From an uncultured Rhodospirillaceae bacterium (GTDB lineage: Bacteria; Pseudomonadota; Alphaproteobacteria; UBA9219), in the NCBI GenBank assembly GCA_964652235.1, contig CAZZDK010000005.1, positions 29,922-93,921 of the forward strand: DNA of 64,000 nt, in the 5' to 3' direction. Within the stretch, counting starts at the first letter, position 1. Each line of letters starts with the position of its first letter. A program made the translations under genes and the position numbers. Shown here piece after piece: positions 18,296-26,789 of this stretch. The notes beneath the pieces are model-generated. The model was not told the DNA's origin. It saw only the letters and a list, made by a program, of their open reading frames with translations, and did no database searches.

Positions 18296-19408
18296 ATGCA
18301 TATATGTCTTGGTGTTTGTGGCATAGGAAAAGGACATTCGAGCAGGCAGCTGCAACTTGCAACGGAGCTTAAGGCCTGCGGCCATGAGCTTACTGTGTTG
18401 GGATATGGGGAAGCTATAGATGTATTTCGAGCCAATGGCTTTCCGATACGAGAGATTTGGCATCCCTATACGGGAGAAGGCAAAGGTTGGGCACAGATTA
18501 AGCATATGGTGAAATATAACTATAGCCGCGCAGTCCCTGGCTTGGTTCGTGATATTTCTGTTTTATTCAAATTAGCAAAGGGCAACTATCCTGACCTATT
18601 CGTTTCTGATTATGAGCCGGTGAGCGCACGCTTCGCTTATCTTAGAAACAAGCCGTTAATTTTATTCAATCAACACGGAAAGTTTCGGCATTGGCCATTT
18701 GCCCCCATAGATTCTTTTAATGCCGAAGGAGAAAAGAACAGGCTTGAGTTGTTTTTTCCTAAGTTTACGAAAAGTTTCGTTGTCTCTCTATTTCCTCTTC
18801 CGAAACATACGGATGAAAGGATAGACGTTGTCCCTCCGCCTATTCCTAGCGAGTTAAGAAGCGGAGAAACCACAACGACAAATAACATTGTTGTGTATTT
18901 TTCGCAGCACCCAGATAGAAATACTGCCCAGAGTTTAGAGGAGATGTGCGGAATTTTCTCTTCAGAACCAAAATACAATTTTATTGTGTATACTAAGCAA
19001 AATATAGATGACAAGCGTTACGGCAACGTTAGGTTTAAGAAACCGAGCAGAACGGAGTTCATACAGGATCTAAAATCCTGTGGTGGAGCCATCTCAACCG
19101 CAGGCTTTACGCTGATTTCTGAAATACTGTTTTTGGGCAAGCCGATTTTTTGTATTCCTTTGCCAAACTTCGATCAAGTGTACTGCTCAAAATATATTGC
19201 GGAGCAAGGCTTCGGATCTACAGACAGAATGCTTACAGAAAACAACCTCCGGATGTTCCTAGAAAACCTCGGTTCGTATCGAAACAATATGAAGAACGTT
19301 CGGAACTTCTTTGACCAAAAAGATCCTATCAAAACGGTAGTCGGGTATATCGAAGGAATAAAGCACGATAGCCGCCTACCTAGGTACAACTTAGCAAGGA
19401 GCCCATAA
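18296..19408 (+). CDS. GT-B glycosyltransferase (MJ1255/GT1_3-like)
   Basis: GIGKGHSSR N-terminal loop and ISTAGFTLISE C-terminal motif. Confidence 0.75.
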   Translation: MHICLGVCGIGKGHSSRQLQLATELKACGHELTVLGYGEAIDVFRANGFPIREIWHPYTGEGKGWAQIKHMVKYNYSRAVPGLVRDISVLFKLAKGNYPDLFVSDYEPVSARFAYLRNKPLILFNQHGKFRHWPFAPIDSFNAEGEKNRLELFFPKFTKSFVVSLFPLPKHTDERIDVVPPPIPSELRSGETTTTNNIVVYFSQHPDRNTAQSLEEMCGIFSSEPKYNFIVYTKQNIDDKRYGNVRFKKPSRTEFIQDLKSCGGAISTAGFTLISEILFLGKPIFCIPLPNFDQVYCSKYIAEQGFGSTDRMLTENNLRMFLENLGSYRNNMKNVRNFFDQKDPIKTVVGYIEGIKHDSRLPRYNLARSP

Positions 19409-20536
19409 ATGGAAGAAAATAAGAGCGAGGTGTTTTATACAGACGCTGAAAACAATTACGGCAATGGGAAACCATTTTTCGAACACGACTGCAGGCCATA
19501 CCAGGTGACGATCAAACCTACAATGTCTTGTCCCGCAAGGTGTGCCCATTGCACGCCAAGGCAGAAACGTTTTCCTGAAGGGGCCAAGATTCTAGGCTTG
19601 GACGGCTGGAGAGACGTCTTTAAAGAACTAAAATCTTTAGGCAGCAAGTCGATCTGTATAAGTGGGGGCGAACCCATGATGTACAAAGACATTTTTGGAC
19701 TTGCTTCGGCAGCAAAGGAATTGAGCCTTCGCGTAAGCCTTAACACTTCTGGATGGTTTTTCCATAAAGAGGAAAACCTTCGGAAGCTCGCGGAGTCGGG
19801 CGTTTCTGGCATCCACCTGTCCATAGATTCTCCAGAGGCGAAAACCCATGACAGTTTAAGAGGACTTCCCGGCCTTCATGAGCGGGCTGTAAGTTCGGTG
19901 CACAAGCTGCTATCGATAAAACCAGACATGTTAATTAATGTTCGCATGATCCTCCATAGATACACCTATCGCAGCATTCCAGAAATGTTGACCCTTGCCT
20001 ACAATTGTGGGGCGACTTCTTTGTCTATCGACCATATTCAACATGATCGGGAAGCCCAGAAATTCTTATTGTCATCAGAACAAATACAAGAGTTTAGATC
20101 CAAGGAGATGCCGAGAATTATTGAGACAATAAACAGTCTTCCATTTGAAAATGAAGCCTTAAGAGCATTAAGCGTCAAGCAAGTTGGCAGCTTTTTTAGC
20201 CCAAAACTTGCAACAAATGCTGACTACGAGAACGGAATATATTGGAAAGATCAGAACATCAGGACACACTGCACAGTTCCATCTTCATTTATGATCATCG
20301 AGGGAGATGGCACTATTTTGCCCTGTAATCCCGTCGAATATACGAGACATCCGTTGATGGGAAATCTGAACAACTCAACGATTAAAGACATGTGGGCGTC
20401 GGACGTATGGGAAGAGTTTAGAAAGAACAAGATGGATTATTGCACTCAATGCACGATGAACCAATCAAGGATGATTCCGTTTCGCAAAATGAGTGCCCCG
20501 ACCCATGTTAAGCGTGCTTCCGCAACAGCGGGTTAG
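19409..20536 (+). CDS. Radical SAM enzyme with SPASM/twitch domain
   Basis: CPARCAHC, SGGEP, and C-terminal C...GTILPC...GNL...CTQC. Confidence 0.9.
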   Translation: MEENKSEVFYTDAENNYGNGKPFFEHDCRPYQVTIKPTMSCPARCAHCTPRQKRFPEGAKILGLDGWRDVFKELKSLGSKSICISGGEPMMYKDIFGLASAAKELSLRVSLNTSGWFFHKEENLRKLAESGVSGIHLSIDSPEAKTHDSLRGLPGLHERAVSSVHKLLSIKPDMLINVRMILHRYTYRSIPEMLTLAYNCGATSLSIDHIQHDREAQKFLLSSEQIQEFRSKEMPRIIETINSLPFENEALRALSVKQVGSFFSPKLATNADYENGIYWKDQNIRTHCTVPSSFMIIEGDGTILPCNPVEYTRHPLMGNLNNSTIKDMWASDVWEEFRKNKMDYCTQCTMNQSRMIPFRKMSAPTHVKRASATAG

Positions 20537-20587
20537 ACAAATCCTTGGAGATTGAGCAAGACCAGCGTCCACTATAAGGAAGAATCT

Positions 20588-21505
20588 ATGGAAGAAAGAA
20601 TTTCTATAGTTATACCGACAAGCAACAGGCTGTCTTCGCTGTCCTTATGTCTTTCTTGCATTGATCGACAGACCAGCGCGTCTCTCGACAGAGTTGTCGT
20701 TGTTTATCATGACGTGACGCATATTCCGGATAAGCGCCTGTTCAGGACAATCGCGGATAAAATCGTTTACTTAAGGTCGGGCGATGTTTCGTCGGGGCAA
20801 AAGCGCACGATGGGAGCAAACATCGTATCAAGTCCATTCATAGGATTTCTTGACGATGATAGTTTTATCAATGACTCTTGGATAAACGAGGCTGTGGCCG
20901 GATTTTCTGTTTCGCCCAGGGCCGAGGCCCAACTTGGAAAATTGGAATGGTATAGACGCGATAACGTGACCGCATGGAAATCCATTCTTCCTGAACTCCG
21001 TCAAAAAACCTATAATTACCGAAACGATATTTTTCTTGATCCGTTGTACAAGGAAAAACTGGCGCAAGGGTTGCGTTGGGATGTTCCTCTGGGCGATATG
21101 GGATTGGCGGATCATATTTCGACAGGCAATTGCGCGTTTCGCACGCGCTGCTTTTTGGATATGGGCGGCTTCGACCCTGAGTTCAAAGTTTATTACGACA
21201 AGGAATTTGCTTTCCGGCTTCTTTCAAGCGGCAAGCCCATTTTGTATAATCCCAAAATGATTGTCAGGCACGATCACGACCCTTCATTTCTTGTGACCTT
21301 AAGAAAGAGTCTGTTCACGCCAAAATATGTTGAAATGTTCAAACGGAAACACAAGGACAGGCCTTGGGAAAAGTTTTTGAGGGAACACGCAACATATTTT
21401 GCCGAAAAGGAAAAGAACTTCCAGGCCACATTGACTGTCAGGGAACGGCTGATAAACGCGGCAATTAGGACGAGCAATAAAATTGGAAAGGCTTTATCTT
21501 TATGA
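20588..21505 (+). CDS. GT2 (GT-A) glycosyltransferase
   Basis: ISIVIPT, FLDDD and GGFDPEF motifs; alternative TTG start at 20552. Confidence 0.85.
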   Translation: MEERISIVIPTSNRLSSLSLCLSCIDRQTSASLDRVVVVYHDVTHIPDKRLFRTIADKIVYLRSGDVSSGQKRTMGANIVSSPFIGFLDDDSFINDSWINEAVAGFSVSPRAEAQLGKLEWYRRDNVTAWKSILPELRQKTYNYRNDIFLDPLYKEKLAQGLRWDVPLGDMGLADHISTGNCAFRTRCFLDMGGFDPEFKVYYDKEFAFRLLSSGKPILYNPKMIVRHDHDPSFLVTLRKSLFTPKYVEMFKRKHKDRPWEKFLREHATYFAEKEKNFQATLTVRERLINAAIRTSNKIGKALSL

Positions 21506-22272
21506 AAAGAGCAATCATTAGACTGGACGATGTTGGCGGTTCGGATTGGCAAACATACTTCGTCATTCAACTCTGCATTTTACATCGACTGCCGATATCA
21601 TGCCAGGTTGTCCCTAAATGGATAACGTCTGGAATATCGAGTTATCTCAACACCCTCATAAAAAATTATCCCGATATGATCGAGATCGTCCAGCACGGCT
21701 TCCAACATAAGAGCTATGCCGCTGTTGGCGCAAAGAACTTTGAGTTTGGCTTCCATAGGAACTATCAGGAACAGCAACTAGACATCCAAGAAGGAAAGCG
21801 GTTGCTTCAACAGCACTTTCCTGTTGGCCTTACTCCCTCTTTTACTCCGCCATGGGACGTCTTGAATCAGGATGCAATAAAAGCGCTTTTGGCAAATGAC
21901 ATCACTTCATCAACCGGGAACAAATATACTTTTGAGAAAGCGCGAGCCCCCGAAGGGTTTACAGCCATCTATTGCGATTACGACACCAGCATTAGAATTG
22001 GCCCAAACAGGGTGCAACGCGATATCAGCGATGTGATTAACCCGATAATGAACTGTGATCAAGACGCCTTGGGTATAGTAATGCACGGGAAGGAACTGGG
22101 GTCAGTAGAGGCGACCATAAACTTGATTGTCGCACTAAAATCTTTAGAAAACGCCAACTTCAGTTTTTGTCTTATCAAGGATATTCTGGCAGATGCGGCG
22201 CCATCAGCAGATCCGATTAGGTCTCGAACGCCGCCAAATCAGAAGAGGCGTCTTCTTGGTTGCGATTCATAA
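21502..22272 (+). CDS. Polysaccharide deacetylase / NodB-like (DUF2334-type)
   Basis: RLDDV, QHGFQH, FTPPW and VMH motifs. Confidence 0.75.
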   Translation: MKRAIIRLDDVGGSDWQTYFVIQLCILHRLPISCQVVPKWITSGISSYLNTLIKNYPDMIEIVQHGFQHKSYAAVGAKNFEFGFHRNYQEQQLDIQEGKRLLQQHFPVGLTPSFTPPWDVLNQDAIKALLANDITSSTGNKYTFEKARAPEGFTAIYCDYDTSIRIGPNRVQRDISDVINPIMNCDQDALGIVMHGKELGSVEATINLIVALKSLENANFSFCLIKDILADAAPSADPIRSRTPPNQKRRLLGCDS

Positions 22273-22351
22273 GCAGAAACACCCATAAGAAACCACGCTT
22301 CAAACAACAAGGGAACAACTGGGCGAAGCGGGCTCAGACGGAGTATCTAGA

Positions 22352-23248
22352 ATGCTAAGCTTGTCAAAAGATGACGATAGAATGGCTAAATCATATCACG
22401 ATGGACGACCGGGGTATCCCACTGCTTTGTTCAAAGATGCCCAACGTATTTGCGGGATTTCTAAAAAAAGCCATATCCTTGAAGTTGGGGCGGGAAGCGG
22501 CCACTCGACCGTTGGGTTAGCAGGTATTGCCGCGCGACTTACTGCTCTTGAGCCGAATGAGGCTTTTGCGAGATTGGTTCGAAAACATACAAAGGGTTTC
22601 CATAATGTTGATGTTATAAATACCGATTTCGGTCATTATACAACTAAGGCCAAATTCCGCGCCGCATTCGCGTTCATGTCGTTTCATTGGATAAAAGATG
22701 TCGATAAATTTGAAAAATTTACAAAACTTCTTCAGAAAAATGGAAGCCTAGTTATTGTTTGGCAGTATTTCATGCAACCAGCATCGCTTGTCATGAAAGA
22801 AATTAACGACGTTATGTCAATGGAACTTGGCTCATTGCACGAGACAAGTAAACATAACGAAGATCAACTTCGGCTTCTCACAGGAAGAGACGAAGAACTG
22901 CTCTCAAACAAGCATTTTTACGTAGACTGCTTTAAAAGCTATATGAGCACTTTTAGTCTTGCTGCGGAATCCTACTGCGCTCTTCTGGAAACATTTTCTG
23001 AGGTGGAGTCCCTCTCTAGCGATAAAAAAGCGGATCTGTTCAAAAGGATTCGCCCCCTAATGCTAGAGGCTAAATCCTTACCTATGCCCGTGCTGACGGA
23101 CATGATTGTTTGCAGAAAGAATCATGGTGCAAGGTTTGAGCAAGGCGATTTGATCGGAAATTGGGAGGTTTGTAAAAGAAGGGAAAGGAAAGAGGAACTC
23201 AATCGGTTATTAGGCAATGGTTTTAATTTAACCCTCACACGAAGCTAA
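22352..23248 (+). CDS. Class I SAM-dependent methyltransferase
   Basis: RPGYP, LEVGAGSG, LEPN and SFHW motifs. Confidence 0.85.
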   Translation: MLSLSKDDDRMAKSYHDGRPGYPTALFKDAQRICGISKKSHILEVGAGSGHSTVGLAGIAARLTALEPNEAFARLVRKHTKGFHNVDVINTDFGHYTTKAKFRAAFAFMSFHWIKDVDKFEKFTKLLQKNGSLVIVWQYFMQPASLVMKEINDVMSMELGSLHETSKHNEDQLRLLTGRDEELLSNKHFYVDCFKSYMSTFSLAAESYCALLETFSEVESLSSDKKADLFKRIRPLMLEAKSLPMPVLTDMIVCRKNHGARFEQGDLIGNWEVCKRRERKEELNRLLGNGFNLTLTRS

Positions 23249-24444
23249 GCTGTGGCCTTTTCGGCCTTATAAAGCCTAAAATAGATCATCCCTGCAGGCG
23301 CGGTAAGGAGCAAAATGATGAGCAGGGATTCCGCAGGGCCGAAATGATCGGCAAGGACGCCAGCAAGTATCGCCGCAAGTCCACCGATAAAAGACCCTGC
23401 CAAAGAAATTAGAGATCCCATTGTTGAGCGCTGAATGGCAGAAAAGTTTTCTTGCATAAGCGCACTATCTGCGGTCAATCCTATAGCATAAGATATTTGT
23501 GATGTTAGCATCAGCGCCGGTGAAAAGAGCGTTGCCGTCGCATAAGCGATGCCTGAGGCGATATAGGAATAAACCGTTGCGCCGAGAAGCGACTTCATCA
23601 ACCCGAACTTTTTCGTAATGTGTCCGGCACACCAGAAGGAAACGGCTCCAAGAGCGTTCTGTGCTGTGCGATAAAGTGGCGTCAGCCATGCAGGCCAAAC
23701 AGCGTCGACGAAGCCAGGCGTAAAGTTATGTGCGGCATCGCCTAGCCCCTTTTTAAGGGCTCCGGCCATGGCTAGTCCACGAAGGCGTGGATTCCGGACA
23801 ATCAATTTGAGAGACTCTTTCATATGGACAAAATTCTTGACGCCTTTTGCCCTTTGGAACGGAGGCTCGACAAAGAAAAAGGACATAATAAATCCACTGC
23901 AGACGGGGATAACTGAAAGAGCAACGAGATGTGAATAGTTTAGCCCCAATAATAACAAAGCACTTGCAAGAATGCCGGATAAGGCAAGACCAATTTGCGC
24001 CATGGAATAAATGCGTCCGATCATCTTGGGCATTTCCCGAGCGCGTCGATAATAGGAGAGCGTTTCATAGAGCCTAGCATCATTGTTTCCAGAGAACAGG
24101 GCATTAGAGAGGCCAATAAAGAAAGCGCCCGCATATAGAAGCAAGAATCCAAAAGACATGTAAAAAGAAAGGGCCAACAAAACAACTCCCAGAGTTTCTG
24201 CCCCAGACCCCAGAATGGACGTCATGCGCCGTCCGACCTTGTCGGAAAGAACCCCTGTTGGAACTTCGAGAAGGGCTTGCGAAACGCCCATCACAGCAAA
24301 AACACCCATCGCGTTTGCGAACGACCCCGTGACTTCGCGGTAAGCCAAAACGGCTACTGGATAAAATAATTGCGTGGACCCCAGAAAAGCGCCAAGAGGC
24401 ATGAGATCAAGATTGCGGCGCAGATGATTTTTCTTTCGTTTCAT
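23245..24444 (-). CDS. MFS exporter (paralog B)
   Basis: 399 aa with long blocks identical to 5829-7028; ATGA-coupled to the GT4 gene. Confidence 0.85.
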   Translation of the reverse strand: MKRKKNHLRRNLDLMPLGAFLGSTQLFYPVAVLAYREVTGSFANAMGVFAVMGVSQALLEVPTGVLSDKVGRRMTSILGSGAETLGVVLLALSFYMSFGFLLLYAGAFFIGLSNALFSGNNDARLYETLSYYRRAREMPKMIGRIYSMAQIGLALSGILASALLLLGLNYSHLVALSVIPVCSGFIMSFFFVEPPFQRAKGVKNFVHMKESLKLIVRNPRLRGLAMAGALKKGLGDAAHNFTPGFVDAVWPAWLTPLYRTAQNALGAVSFWCAGHITKKFGLMKSLLGATVYSYIASGIAYATATLFSPALMLTSQISYAIGLTADSALMQENFSAIQRSTMGSLISLAGSFIGGLAAILAGVLADHFGPAESLLIILLLTAPAGMIYFRLYKAEKATA

Positions 24445-25550
24445 GGAGTCAATCGATTGTTACTGGAGTTAAGAAGTCGATTCAAAGCTTGTTCCCAGAG
24501 GCGGCCTTTATGCTCTACACTACGTGTTGGCTGTCTTGACTCTTCGAAAGCTGCCTTTGAGAAAGACTTGTACATATCTTCATCATTCCATAACTCCCGA
24601 ACTCTTCTAGCCCAATCTTCTGCGGACGCATCTGCAGGCAGAAGGATTCCCCCTTTACCAACCGCTTCTGGAAGCCCTCCTCTGCGATATGCTATAACAG
24701 GTATTCCACTGATAATCGCCTCGGCAGCTACGCGCCCATAGGCCTCTTCCCAGAGGCTTGGAACGATCAATATCTTTGCCGCTTCGTACACTGGCCGCAT
24801 ATCAGCTTGTGCCTTCATGAAAGACACATTCGGTAGATGATCGAGTTTTTTAAATAGATCATCACGCATCTTTTTCTCAAGCGGCCCAGATTCCACAAAA
24901 AGAAAAGGTATGTCCGGGCAAAGGGTTGCGACCCTTAAGGCAATATCTACGCCCTTCCGAGGCGTGGGGCTTATAAAAAGAACCTTTTCTTGCCTAGATG
25001 AAACCCTGTACTTTTCTTCATCAATAATAGGATGAATTACAGTCGGACTCACAGGGAAGTGAGCCGCATACCTAAAAGCTGTAAATGCTGAATTGGCGAC
25101 ACAGTGAACAGAACCTAGTTTGCTTAGGTCACCGCCGTGGGCATGGAATTCAACATCTTGAAAATTCATAATGAAGGGAACATTGGCGTCTTGAATGGAA
25201 AGAGCCATAGGAACAGATCGAACTGAAAGCACGATTGCTGCATCGGGGTTTTCCGACCTAACAACGCCTCCTACAGATTCCCAGGGAATATTGGCGCGCC
25301 AAACAGGATATGCGCCCATGCTGTAATCTTTTGCCGCGCTTACCCCTATAAAAAACTTGCGAACTTTTGTTTCTGCGTGTGCTTTATATCCCAACCATCC
25401 GCTGGACATAAGACCGGCAAGAACGGCAACGCGGTGTCCCCTTGACAGCAAAGCACGGCACAACTGATCGGCTGAGCTTTGCAGGCCCCCTTTCATTTGA
25501 GGGAGGTATTTATCTCCCGTAACGATAAGAACTTTCATGATCTTCTGCAC
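24441..25550 (-). CDS. GT4 glycosyltransferase
   Basis: PSLWEEAYGRVAAEA (ExxxxxxxE) and RGGLPE motifs; likely ATG start at 25538. Confidence 0.85.
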   Translation of the reverse strand: MQKIMKVLIVTGDKYLPQMKGGLQSSADQLCRALLSRGHRVAVLAGLMSSGWLGYKAHAETKVRKFFIGVSAAKDYSMGAYPVWRANIPWESVGGVVRSENPDAAIVLSVRSVPMALSIQDANVPFIMNFQDVEFHAHGGDLSKLGSVHCVANSAFTAFRYAAHFPVSPTVIHPIIDEEKYRVSSRQEKVLFISPTPRKGVDIALRVATLCPDIPFLFVESGPLEKKMRDDLFKKLDHLPNVSFMKAQADMRPVYEAAKILIVPSLWEEAYGRVAAEAIISGIPVIAYRRGGLPEAVGKGGILLPADASAEDWARRVRELWNDEDMYKSFSKAAFEESRQPTRSVEHKGRLWEQALNRLLNSSNNRLTP

Positions 25551-25693
25551 TCCCGAGATAAGTCCCTACGTCTTCCTCAAAATCAAGCTGTTTCTCATTG
25601 ACGCGCCGCTTAAGAAAGATACAGCGGAATTTACACATAGTTCAACAAAAACCTTTCCCAAAAGGGTTCCACCCAAGGGTTGATTCTGGTCAG

Positions 25694-26443
25694 TTATCCT
25701 TGCTTAAGATTAAGGGTCGAATCCGCAACCCACCTCTTCCGTGACGATTGATGCCATCCCGTCCGCACGGTATAAGGCCGGCAAATGCGGCAGGTATTGA
25801 AAGGCTCATCACGCTGCATAAATGCGCCGATCTTTTCTTCGGTCGCTCCTTCTAAACACAAGCCATCCACACCCCAGGGCAAGCCCATTAGCTTCTGCGG
25901 ATAGAATGTCGATTGAGAACAGAGATAGAAATAGGCATCGTGAACTGTGAAGCATTTTTTGCGCCACGGACAAGCATAGAAACTGCTTCCGTCTGGAACA
26001 ACATCAAGCTGTTTAAAAAACTCAGAGGTGGGGCGCATATCCAACTCAAACCCATATTTCTCGGCCTTCTTTTGGGCTAGCTCCAAATTTTGGGGCGGGG
26101 TGTTAGGATAGACGGACAACCTCAAGGTCTCCAATGATCCCCAGAAATCGTCTTTCATACGATGAAGCAGAAGGCCGTTTGTAAAAAGTCTGTGCCCCTT
26201 ATCAATACGAATATCCGTTATCATTCGCATGATGCTTGCGATTTCTTTATGCAGCAACGGTTCTCCGCCGACTATGTGCACGGCTCCAACCGACATAAAA
26301 GGCTTTAGCGCGACAAGGTCACGCTTAATCCTGTCTAGGGATCTGATTTCGGGAGCGTACAGGGGGGATGCGTGAGAACAGGATGCGCAGCGATTGTTAC
26401 AATGAAGCACAACATTCACGTCCAGATTATCGACATAAATCAT
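25694..26443 (-). CDS. Compact radical SAM enzyme with C-terminal Cys cluster
   Basis: CNNRCASC, GGEPLLH, TNGLLL, then CPWRKKC...C...CRIC. Confidence 0.85.
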   Translation of the reverse strand: MIYVDNLDVNVVLHCNNRCASCSHASPLYAPEIRSLDRIKRDLVALKPFMSVGAVHIVGGEPLLHKEIASIMRMITDIRIDKGHRLFTNGLLLHRMKDDFWGSLETLRLSVYPNTPPQNLELAQKKAEKYGFELDMRPTSEFFKQLDVVPDGSSFYACPWRKKCFTVHDAYFYLCSQSTFYPQKLMGLPWGVDGLCLEGATEEKIGAFMQRDEPFNTCRICRPYTVRTGWHQSSRKRWVADSTLNLKQG

Positions 26444-26570
26444 AATATTTGTCCGAGATCATCCGTTAAATCATGGCGTAATTGTACGATCAAAGCCGTA
26501 TTTACGTCAACTACCTCACGCCTCGCTTTGCTTGGGATATGAAGCAAAATAGATAGCAAAATAATGCGGT

Positions 26571-26592
26571 TTATGGTAAACATTAACCATAA
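26571..26592. promoter_or_regulatory. Near-perfect palindrome in the bidirectional rSAM2/ileS promoter
   Basis: TTATGGTAAA-CA-TTAACCATAA (1 mismatch); contains TTAACCAT. Confidence 0.45.
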
Positions 26593-26789
26593 TATATGGT
26601 GGCCCACTGAAAATTTTCTGATGGTTCAGGAGGCTGTTCTGCGAAACTGTTTTTTTTGTAAAAAGATTTTGTTTTTCCTTGCTTGCATAAGCCGCTCACA
26701 AATGTATAAAAGCGAAAATTGCTTGTAGGTTGCTGCGGCGCCTCATTTACATAATAGCGGCTAGCGCCCACAAAAAAACAGGAGAACAT

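Noticed and set aside
18296-25550. Glycosyltransferases as a phage DNA hypermodification or O-antigen conversion system
   Set aside because: No base-hydroxymethylase/thymidylate-synthase-like, JBP or DNA-GT signatures and no GtrA/GtrB/Wzy-type membrane partners; the MFS exporter fits a small molecule better. Not fully excluded.
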